Assembly: GCA_028826165.1 (NCBI GenBank)
Contig: JAPDFW010000033.1
Coordinates: 710,987 to 774,986 of the forward strand
Source of the DNA: Anaeramoeba ignava BMAN
Lineage: Eukaryota > Protista > Anaeramoebae
Length of the DNA: 64,000 nt
Direction of reading: 5' to 3'
The number at the start of each line of letters is the position of its first letter. Position 1 is the stretch's first letter. The translations under genes were made by a program, and so were the position numbers. The notes under the pieces were generated by a model. The model had not been told where the DNA came from. It did not search any database and saw only the letters and a list, made by a program, of their open reading frames with translations. Of this stretch, positions 34,570 to 45,560 are shown piece by piece.

Positions 34570-36334
34570 ATGAATGATTGTTTATTTTTTGGTCACAATA
34601 AATATCCAATTCTTTTCAAAAATGAAAAAGATAAAATAATAAAACCAATTCAATTTAAATTTGAAAATGAAAATGAAAATGAAAATGAAAATGAAAAACA
34701 AATTAAACAAATTTCTTCAGATTATTCAACAATTTTCCTTTTTAAAAATGGAAAAGCAATAGAATATTTAAGAGATTCAAAACAAAATCCTGAAAAAATC
34801 CAAATTGAAGAAAATATTCAAAAAGTAACTGTTGGCGGTGAAAATGAAGCTATTTTAACAATAGAAGGAAATGTATTTGCAAAAGGAGAATATATCAATC
34901 AAGAAAATCCAAATGAATTTATCAATATTTCATCATTAATTGAAGATACAAATGATAGAATAATTCAAGATATTGTTTCTGGATTGTATTCAATTTACTT
35001 ATTAACTTCAAATCAAAATGTTTATGGAATTGGTTCAAATCATTATGGTCAACTTGGTTTTGATTCTAAAACAATTTATCAAACACAAAAACCAATTTTA
35101 ATGATGAAAAATGTTTCTAAAATATTTTCAGGAAGTTCTTCAATTTCTGTTTTTCTTTTGAATTCAAATCAAGAATTATTTGGATGCGGATATAATTTTT
35201 GGAGTCAGCTTGGATTAGGAGAATCGATACAAGAAACAGATGAAGAAGAAAAAATCGAAAAATTAACCAAAATCCAAAATATTCCAAAAGGCAAAATAAT
35301 TGATATTCAATCTGGGAATATCCATTCAATAATGTTGATTGAAGATGAAGATGAAAATCCAAAAAGAAAACTTTATTCATGTGGGCATTCGCTAAATAAT
35401 GGACTTGAAAAAAACAGAAATGAATTTACTGAAATTAAATCACCTTTATTTGAAAATGATGATTATATTCTTGATTTTTCTGTTGGAACTAATCATACTT
35501 TGATTTTAACTTCTAAAGAGAAATTAATAGGATTTGGAGATAATGAATATGGTCAATTAGGAACTGGAGATAGAAAAAATCAATATATTCCAATTCAAAT
35601 TGAACTTCCTAAATTAATATTTAATGAAAATATTTTCAATTATCATGTTTCTTGTGGACTTAGGAAATCATTTCTTTTATTATTCTCATCCTTCTTTTTC
35701 CAATCTTGAAGAAGATTTGATAAAATTATTCCAAAGAAAAGAATTTTGTGATATTTCATTTAAAACCAAAAATGGAGAAATAATTGAAGCTCATAAATTA
35801 ATATTGAAATATAGATTAAAAGATCAAAATCAAAATGAAATTGAAAAACTTCAAGAAATTATTTCAAAAAAATCAATTAAAGAATCAAATCAAATATTTG
35901 AAATGATTTATTCAAACAGAATAATAAATCCAATATTATATTCTGAAATTAAAGAAATTATAAATTCAAATGAAAAAATTGAAGAAACAATGAAAAGAAT
36001 TTATTTAAATGAAAATGAAAAAGATTTTATAATTGAAAGAAAAGAAAAGAAATATAAATTTCCAAAATTAATATTAATAATGAGAAGTGAATTATATCGA
36101 GGAATGTTTTTATCTGTTACAGAAGATAAATCTAATAAAGTTACAGATTATAGTGAATTAAGTAATAAATCATTTCAAATATTTGAATATTGGATTTATT
36201 CAAATCAAATTAAAGATGAAATTCAAATTGCACAACAAATAATTAATGAAATTAAAATTGGAATTGATTATTTTCAATTAAATGAAACAAATCCAAATTT
36301 ATTTGATTTATTAATTAATAAATTTAATAATTAA
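34570..36334 (+). CDS. RCC1-repeat + tandem BTB protein (array B, copy 2; frameshift near 35675)
   Basis: ORFs 34570-35709 and 35624-36334 join at a T-run (KSFL|YYSHPSFSNLEEDL). Confidence 0.85.
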
Positions 36335-36586
36335 AATCAAAATTAAAATTAAAATTAAAATTAAAATTAAAATTAAAATTTAAATTAAAATTAAAATTAA
36401 AATTAAAATTAAAAATCAAAATTAAAATTAAAATCAAAATTAAAATTAAAATTAAAATTAAAATTAAAATCAAAATCAAAATTAAAATCAAAATTTAAAT
36501 TCAAAATTAAAATTAAAATTAAAATCAAAATTAAAATTAAAATTAAAATTAAAAAATCATTTTTTCATTTTTTTTCTTTTCAAAAA

Positions 36587-38393
36587 ATGAATGAAATTAT
36601 ATTTTTTGGTCAAAATTATTATCCAAAACTTATCAAAAATGAACCAGATTCAATTACAAAACCAATTCAATTTAAATTTAAATTTGAAAATGAAAATGAA
36701 AATGAAAATGAAAATGAAAATGAAAATGAAAATGAAAATGAAAATGAAAATGAAAATGAAAATGAAAATGAAAATGAAAAACAAATTAAACAAATTTCAT
36801 CAGATTATTTTGGAATAATTTTCCTTTTTAAAAATGGAAAAGCAATAAAATATCCAAATAATCCAAATCAAAAACCTCAAAAAATCCAAATTGAAAATAT
36901 TCAAAAAGTAACTGTTGGTGGTGATAATGAAACTATTTTAACAATAGAAGGAAATGTATTTAGAAAATATATTAATCCAAAAAATCCAAATGAATTTATC
37001 AATATTTCATCATTAATTGAAGATCCAAATGATAGAATAATTGAAGATATTGTTTCTGGATACAGTTCAGTTTACTTATTAACTTCAAATCAAAATGTTT
37101 ATGGGATTAGTTCAAATTATTATGGTCAACTTGGTTTAAAAAAACCTAAAAACATAAAAAAACCAATTTTAATGATGAAAAATGTTTCTAAAATATTTAC
37201 AGGAAATTCTACTTATCATGTTTTTCTTTTAAATTCAAATCAAGAATTATTTTGTTGCGGTAAAAATAATCATGGTCAACTTGGATTAGGTCATCACAAA
37301 AAAAAAATAATTTCATTAACCAAAATTCAAAATATTCCAAAATGTAAAATAATTGATATTCAAACAGAAGATGATTATTCAATAATGTTGATTGAAGAAG
37401 AAAATGAAAATCCAAAAAGAAAACTTTATTCATGTGGAAATTATCGATATAATGGACTTGGTAAAAATAAGCATACTTATGAATTTACTGAAATTAAATC
37501 ATCTTTATTTGAAAATGATGATAATATTCTTGAAATTTCTGTTAGAAGTTCTCATACTTTGATTTTAACTTCCAAAGGAAAACTGATTTCATTTGGAAGT
37601 AATTTATTTGGTGAATTAGGAACTGGAGATACAATAAATCAATTATATTCCAATTCAAATTGAACTTCCTAAATTAAGATTTAATGAAGATATTTTCAAT
37701 TATCATGTTCATTGCGGATATCAAAAATCATTTCTTTATTATTCTCCTTCTTCTTTTTCCAATCTTGAAGAAGATTTGATAAAATTATTCCAAAGAAAAG
37801 AATTTTGTAATATTTCATTTAAAACCGAAAATGGAGAAATAATCAAAGCTCATAAATTAATATTGAAATATAGATTAAATCAAAATGAAAATCAAATTGA
37901 AAAACTTAAAGAAATTATTTCAAACAAATCAATTAAAGAATCAAATCAAGTATTTGAAATGATTTATTCAAACAGAATAATAAATCCAAAATTATATTCT
38001 GAAATTAAAGAAATTATAAATTCAAATGAAAAAATAGAAGAAACAATGAAAAGAATTTATTTAAATGAAAATGAAAATGAAAATGATTTTATAATTGAAA
38101 GAAAAGAAAAACAATATAAATTTCCAAAATTAATATTAATAATGAGAAGTGAATTATATCGAGGAATGTTTTTATCTGTAACTGAAGATACTTCCAATAA
38201 AGTTACAGATTATAGTGAATTAAGTAATAAATCATTTCAAATATTTGAATATTGGATTTATTCAAATCAAATTAAAAAAGGAATTCAAATTACACAAGAA
38301 ATAATTAATGAAATTAAAATTGGAATTGATTATTTTCAATTAAATCAAACAAATCCAAATTTATTTGATTTATTAATCAAAATTAAAATTTAA
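36587..38393 (+). CDS. RCC1-repeat + tandem BTB protein (array B, copy 3; frameshift near 37643; expanded EN tract)
   Basis: An extra T at INQ|YIPIQIELPK separates ORF 36587-37663 from the BTB part ending at 38393. Confidence 0.85.
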
Positions 38394-38420
38394 ATTTAAA
38401 TTTGAAATTTTTTTTGAAAT

Positions 38421-39948
38421 TTAATGATATTCGTTGAGAAAAATCCATTCCAAAAATAAAGAGGCAATAAAAATTGGAGAAGAAATAATTGTTGCAGATA
38501 AATTAATTATTTTTTCTATTTTCAGAAAAGAAAGTAAAGAAATCAATCCCAAAAAAAATCCAACAAGAGCAGAAACTCCAGAAATCATATAATCACTTCT
38601 ATCCAAATTGTTAAGTCTGAATAAAACGATTAAAATCAATGCTAAAATTGGGTAAAGAGAAAGAATGAAAAGAGGAATAAAAGTTGAAATCCAAGAAGAA
38701 TCTGAATTTTTCGAATCAAAGTGATTAAAAGCAGTTTTGATTGAAATAAAAACAAAAGGGAAAGAAATCATTACATAAGCAAGAAAATTGGTGACTAAAA
38801 CAATATCAGATTTCCCAAGATCTGAAGCTTCTTTTTGATTTTTTTGTTATAATAGTTTTTGAGGATCAAAATGAAAAAAGAAAAAAGAAAAAAAAAATTT
38901 TTTTTTTTGAGAAGAAAATTTTTCCAAATTATTTCCTTACTGAATCGTTGAATCAAAAAAATTATCCAGAAAATAATTAAAGATGAACCAGAAATTGCAA
39001 AAAATGTAAGAATAACTGAATTTGGAATGAATAAATTGTGATCCAATCTTAATGCAAGTAAAAGGAAAAAAATTGTCATAAAACCTGAACCTATTCCAAT
39101 TCCCATCAATAATAATTTTTCAGAATCACTATTTGGATATGAATAGAAATGGAGAATCCACCAAAAAAAAAAGATGAAAAATGAATAAAGCCAAGGAAAT
39201 AAAACCATTTTCCAATTAAGAAAACTATTCTGAAAATCAAATTTCAAAGCAATCAAAATAATTGGGAATATCAATAAAAAAGGGACAATCGACCATTTTA
39301 TCAATTTGGACATTTTGTATTCATTAAATTCATGGATTTTCCTTTTTCTTTCTTCTGTTTTTATCTTTTTTTCATATGATTTCCTTGCTTGAATAATTTT
39401 TTTCATTTGATCAACAACAAACGTTTTTCCGTTTTTATTGATCAAATTGACAAGTTTTGAGGAAATTTGATCTTCTTTTTGATTCTTGAAGTAATATTCG
39501 ATTCCTAAACTTCCTGTAAAAAAATACTCTTCTTGAAATGAATTGTATAAATTTGAACGATCATATTTTTTTGTCACTTTTTCAAAATCAAGAAAAAGAG
39601 GATATTTTCGAACAATATTTTTCCAAAGAAACCAATCATTATGAATTCTATTGAATTGTTTGCATGTTTCAGAACAAATTATTAAGTTATTTGGCTCTAA
39701 ATAAGAAAAAATATCCAAAACAACTTTTTGAAGAAAAAATAAAAATCAAAATCAAAATCAAATTTTTAAGAATTTTGCTTTTTTTCGTAAGATATTTTAC
39801 TTTCATCTGGTAAATCTTGAAAATTTATTTCTTCTTTTTGATTTTCTTTTTGAATTTCTTTTTGTTTTGGTGAATTTATTAAATTTGGAAAAGGTTTCGA
39901 AACGAAAAATAATTGTTTTATTAATTGATTTGTGATGAATTTTTCCAT
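38421..39948 (-). CDS. F-box protein with multi-pass transmembrane C-terminus (TMEM185-like), 3 exons
   Basis: Splicing out 39800-39724 gives the F-box FQDLPDEIVLDIFSYLEPNNLIICSETCKQFNRIHNDWFLWK. A second intron starts at 38940. Repeated TM units: LIALKFD...NWKMVLFPWL, LLALRLD, SWISTFIPLF. Confidence 0.75.
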
Positions 39949-40015
39949 TTAGAAAAAAAGAACAAAAAGAGAAGAAAAAAAATGAAATTTGAAACTTAAA
40001 AAAATTAAAAATAAA

Positions 40016-42152
40016 TTATTGTTTGTCTTCCATGCAACTCCATTTTGGTTTTTTTTGTTTTTTTTGAATAAATTGATTTGGAATAAATCCAGTTGTTTTA
40101 TTATCAATATCAGCAACAAAACTTCTTCCATTAATTTGAACAATAACTTTGAAAATTTGACCTTTTTTGATAGTTAAAACTTCATTTGTAGGATCTTCAA
40201 AATTCTTTAAACTTTCAAATGTTAAGAAATCTTTGTTTTCATAAATAGGATCATAAGGGAAAAAATGTGTTAAAATTCCAGAAGTATTAACAACTTTTGA
40301 AACTCCCATTTGATAACAAGTAAAATGAGAAATTGGATGAGATAGAGTATAATCTGAATAAATCCAAATAGGAATATCTTTATTGATTTGTCTAATAGAT
40401 TGAGTAAGTGATAATCCTGCAGTTGTATATTCTTGTTTTTTCTTAGGATGTTCAGTTCTAACTTCAATTCTTTTCATATCACTAATAATTAAAAACCATT
40501 CTTCTTGATTTTTTTGAAATTCTAAAATTGCTTTTTCAGTATCAATAACTGTTGTGATTTTTAATCCTACTTTTCTTGCAGCTTCAATTATAGGTTTATT
40601 ATTTTTTGGTTCATCATCAACCCAAAGAATTTTCTTTTTTTTCTTTTTTGGTGCTTCTTTATTCAAATTAATTGCTTTTTCAGTTTCTTTTGGGTTTGTT
40701 TTGTTACTCCAATTTTGTTTTTCTGATCTTTCTTTTTTGATTTTTTCAAAAATATCATAAGGATTTTCTTCATCAAATTTAATTAATAATCCATAAGGAA
40801 CAATTTGATCTGGAAAAAGAATAATCCATTCAAGTGAATCATTTGGAACTTGAAGATCAATAGGAACATTATTTGGCCATCCTATTGTCTGTTCTTGAAT
40901 TACATTCACTTTTTCAATTCTTATTTGAAACATTACTCGAACAAAATATGATTTATTATTATAGTTAAAATGAACTGGTAAAGCATAAGCTGGATGAGAA
41001 GCATAAAGATAAGATTGAGAAGCATAAATATGTTTTTGATTTTGAATATGTCCTTTTGGAATTTCAACAATTTTTCCATCTTGTGTTTTATTTCCTGGAA
41101 TAACTAATCCATTTTTAACAATTGATTTTGTATTTTCATATTTTGTTCCATGATATCCATATGACCATTTACTTACATCTTTATTTCCTTGATTCTTCAT
41201 TTTCAATCTTATCCATCCAACAGGTGGATAATAACGTGTTTTATTGATTATAAATCCAATATCTTTTTCTGTATAAATATGAAAATCATCCATTTCAAAA
41301 TCTTTTTCAAGTTCAATTTCATTATAATCACATCCTTGTTTTAAAAATTCAATTGTCATATTTTTTAATTCATTTTCTTCAGATTTTTTTGAACATGAAA
41401 TTTGAACTGAAGTTTTAAAATCTTCATTTTTTTCAAAAACAAAACTTGTTCCATTTTGGAAATTAAAATGATCATTAGTTATTTCAACTATTTCATCTCC
41501 AGTAAATATATATTTTTGTTTTGATTGAGGAAGAAACCAATTTGTAATTATTTTAAGATTTTCACCTAAAATTCTTGCTTGAGCAATTATTCCTTGTTCA
41601 TTATCAAAATATTTTCCTTTCATTGAATCAGTTAAAATAATATTATTGTTTTCTGAATCGATATTTGCAAATTTGATCAAATTGTCTTTTTTTTCATCTT
41701 TCAAATCTTCGATTTCATTATAAAATGATTTAGCACGAAAATAATCATCAAATTTAATTCTAAATTTTTCATTTTCATCTTTCCATTCAACATAAGAAGG
41801 TTGATTTGAATATCTTTCTCCATTTAATTTATGAATAGTTCCACTTTTAATTAAAAAAATTAATGGATTTTTTCCCTTTTATTTTTAAATTAAAAAAAAA
41901 GGAAAAATAAATTTAATCAAAATTAAAATTAAAATTAAAATTAAAAATTCAAAATTTAATTACATTTTCTGATTTACATTCAATTTTCATTTCATTGTTT
42001 TGTATTAGAAGTTTAATTTGAGCATTTTCAAAACCTTTATATGTTTTCCAATTTGAATGAAGTGAATTATAAAATTGAACTTCTTGATAACCTAAATTTT
42101 TAATTCTAACTTGTGTATTTTGTGGAATTTGTTTTTTTTTTCGAGATTTCAT
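40016..42152 (-). CDS. PH/EVH1-like + NEURL4-type ADP-ribosyltransferase + receiver (REC) + SH3 protein, copy 1 (682 aa; intron 41963-41876)
   Basis: ART: YYPPVGW, WSYGYHGT, HIYASQSYLYASHPAYA, VMFQIRI, LEWII, IVPYGLLIK. REC: KILWVDDEPKNN...FLIISDMKR...AGLSL...IPIWIYS. SH3: FESLKNF...LTIKKGQIFKV...TGFIPNQFI. Confidence 0.85.
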
Positions 42153-42269
42153 TTCTCTTTTTAAAAATAAAATCAAATTAAAAATGAATAAAAAAATGAA
42201 AAATAAAAATAAATAAAAATGTGTCCACTTTTATTTCTTTTTTATTTCTTTTTTATTTCTTTTTATTTC

Positions 42270-42795
42270 TTTTTATTTTGATTTTGATTTTGATTTTGAT
42301 TTTGATTTTGATTTTGATTTTGATTTTGATTTTGATTTTGATTTTGATTTTGATTTTTGATTTTGATTTTGATTTTGATTTTGATTTTGATTTTGATTTT
42401 GATTTTGATTTTGATTTTGATTTTGATTTTGATTTTGATTTTGATTTTGATTTTGATTTTTTGATTTTGATTTTGATTTTGATTTTGATTTTGATTTTGA
42501 TTTTGATTTTGATTTTGATTTTTTATTTTTTGATTTTTGATTTTGATTTTAATTTTATTTTGATTTTGATTTTATATTTTGATTTTGATTTTGATTTTGA
42601 TTTTGATTTTAATTTTGATTTTGATTTTGATTTTGATTTTGATTTTGATTTTGATTTTGATTTTGATTTTGATTTTGATTTTGATTTTGATTTTGATTTT
42701 GATTTTGATTTTGATTTTGATTTTGATTTATTTTGATTTTGATTTTGATTTTGATTTTAATTTTAATTTTAATTTTGATTTTGATTTTGATTTTG
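42270..42795. repeat. (GATTTT)n hexamer microsatellite between ART-REC-SH3 copies 1 and 2
   Basis: Direct reading; it produces spurious (IL)n, (DF)n and (NQ)n ORFs. Confidence 0.9.
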
Positions 42796-42814
42796 CCTTT
42801 TAGAAAAAAAAGTT

Positions 42815-45018
42815 TCAAAATTTAAAAAAACTAAAAAAATTATTTGTTTGATTTTGATTTTGATTTTTGATTTTTTCTTCTTTCGGTTTTTGGGGTTTTG
42901 ATTTTTTAATCAAATTATTTGGAATAAATCCAGTTGTTTTATTATCAATATCAGCAACAAAACTTCTTCCTTTAAATAGAACAATAACTTTGAAAATTTG
43001 ACCTTTTTTGATATTTAAAAATACATTTGAAGAATCTTCAAAATCCTTTAAACCTTCAAATGTTAAGAAATCATTGTTTTCATAAATAGGATCATAAGGG
43101 AAAAAATGTGTTAAAATTCTAGAAATATTAACAACTTCTGAAACTCCCATTTGATAACAAATAGAATAAGAAATTGGATGAGTTCGAGTATATTGTGAAT
43201 AAATCCAAATAGGAATATCTTTATTGATTTGCCTAATAGATTGAGTAAGTGATAATCCTGCAGTTGGATATTCTTTTTTTTCCTTAGGATGTTCAGTTCT
43301 AACTTCAATTCTTTTCATATCACTAATAATTAAAAACCATTCTTCTGGATTTTTTTGATATTCTAAAATTGCTTTTTCAGTATCAATAACTGTTGTGATT
43401 TTTAATCCTACTTTTCTTGCAACTTCAATTATAGGTTTATTATTTTCTGGTTCATCATCAACCCAAAGAATTTTCTTTTTTTTCTCTTTTGATGCTTCTT
43501 TATTCAAATGAATTGCTTTTTCAATTTCTTTTGGAGTTGTTCTATGACTCCAATTTGGATTTTCTAATCTTTCTTTTTTGATTTTTTCAAAAATATCATA
43601 AGGATCTTCTTCATCAAATTTAATTAATAATCCATAAGGAACAATTTGATCTGAAGAGAAAATAATCCATTCAAGTAATTCATTTGGAACTTGAAGATCA
43701 ATAGGAGCATTATCTGGCCATCTTATTGTGTGTTCTTGAGTTACATCCACTTTATCAACTCTTATTTGAAACATTACTCGAACAAAATATGATTTATTAT
43801 TATAGTTAAAATGAACTGGTAAAGCATAAATTGGATGAGAAGCATAAATATAAGATTGAGAAGAATAAATATGGTTTTGATTTGGGATATGTCCTTTTCG
43901 AATTTCAACAATTTTTCCATCTTGTGTTTTATTTCCTGGAATAACTAATCCATTTTTAACAATTGATTTTATATTTTCATATTTTGTTCCATGATATCCA
44001 TATGACCATTTACTTACATCTTTATTTCCTTGATTCTTCATTTTCAATCTTATCCATCCAACAGGTGGATAATAACGTGTTTTATTGATTATAAATCCAG
44101 TATCTTTTTCTGTATAAATATGAAAAGAATCCATTTCAAAATCTTTTTCAAGTTCAATTCCATTATAATCACATCCTTGTTTTAAAAATTCAATTGTCAT
44201 ATTTTTTAATTCATTTTCTTCAGATTTTTTTGAACATGAATTTTGAACTGAAGTTTTAAAATCTTCATTTTTTTCAAAAGTAAAACTTGTTCCATCTTGG
44301 AAATTAAAATGATCATTAGCTACTTCAACTATTTCATCTCCAGTAAATATATATTTTTTTTGTTTTGATGGAGGAAGAAGCCAATTTGTAACTATTTTAA
44401 GTTTTTCACCTAAAATTCTTGCTTGAGCAATTATTCCTTGTTCATTATCAAAATATTTTCCTTTCATTGAATCAATTAAATTATTATTATTATTATTATT
44501 AATATTATTGTTTTCTGAATCGATATTTGCAAATTTGATCAAATTGTCTTCTTTTTCATCTTTCAAATCTTCGATTTCATTATCAAATGATTTAGCACGA
44601 ACATAATCATCAAATTTAATTCTAAATTTATCATTTCCATCTTTCCATTCAACATAAGAAGGTTTTTTTGAATATTTTTCTCCATTTAATTTATGAATAG
44701 TTCCACTTTTAATTGGAAAAATTAATGGATTTTTTCCCTTTTATTTTTAAATTAAAAAAAAAGGAAAATTAAATTTGATCAAAATCAAAATCAAAATTAA
44801 AATTAAAAATTAAAAAATTAAAATTTAATTACATTTTCTGATTTACATTCAATTTCCATTTCATTTTTTGTAAATTGAACGTTAATTTGAGCATTTTCAA
44901 AACCTTTATATGTTTCCCAATTTGAATGAAGTGAATCATAAAATTGAACTTCTTGATAACCAAAATTTTTAATTCTAACTTGTGTATTTTGTGGAATTTG
45001 TTTTTTTTGAGATTTCAT
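42815..45018 (-). CDS. PH/EVH1-like + ART + REC + SH3 protein, copy 2 (702 aa; intron 44832-44738)
   Basis: Same motifs and intron position as copy 1; intact ORF. Confidence 0.85.
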
Positions 45019-45099
45019 TTCTCTTTTTAAAAATAAAATCAAATTAAAAATGAATAATAAAATGAAAAAAAAAAAATTTTTTTCCACTTTTTTTAATTT

Positions 45100-45560
45100 T
45101 AATTTTTATTTTGATTTTGATTTTAATTTTAATTTTAATTTTAATTTTGATTTTGATTTTGATTTTGATTTTTATTTCTTTTATTTTGATTTTGATTTTG
45201 ATTTTGATTTTGATTTTGATTTTGATTTTGATTTTTGATTTTGATTTTAATTTTAATTTTAATTTTAATTTTGATTTTGATTTTGATTTTGATTTTAATT
45301 TTAATTTTAATTTTGATTTTGATTTTGATTTTGATTTTGATTTTGATTTTGATTTTGATTTTGATTTTGATTTTGATTTTGATTTTGATTTTGATTTTGA
45401 TTTTGATTTTGATTTTGATTTTGAATTTGATTTTGATTTTTATTTTGATTTTGATTTTGATTTTAATTTTTATTTTGATTTTGATTTTTATTTTGATTTT
45501 GATTTTGATTTTGATTTTGATTTTGATTTTGATTTTGATTTTGATTTTGATTTTTGATTT
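45100..45560. repeat. (GATTTT/AATTTT)n microsatellite between copies 2 and 3, overlapping the copy 3 C-terminus
   Basis: Direct reading of the sequence. Confidence 0.9.

Noticed and set aside
3290-37650. Single-base frameshifts in phosducin-like, BTB-TLDc, three RCC1-BTB, ANK-BTB and ANTH genes, read as programmed frameshifting or phase variation
   Set aside because: Nearly all fall in or next to A/T homopolymers or hexamer tracts, and they also hit conserved housekeeping genes. Long-read indel error is the simplest explanation. Short-read polishing or RNA-seq would decide.
7554-38393. RCC1 loop variability produced by a diversity-generating retroelement
   Set aside because: There is no reverse transcriptase and no template/variable repeat pair with adenine-specific differences in the window.
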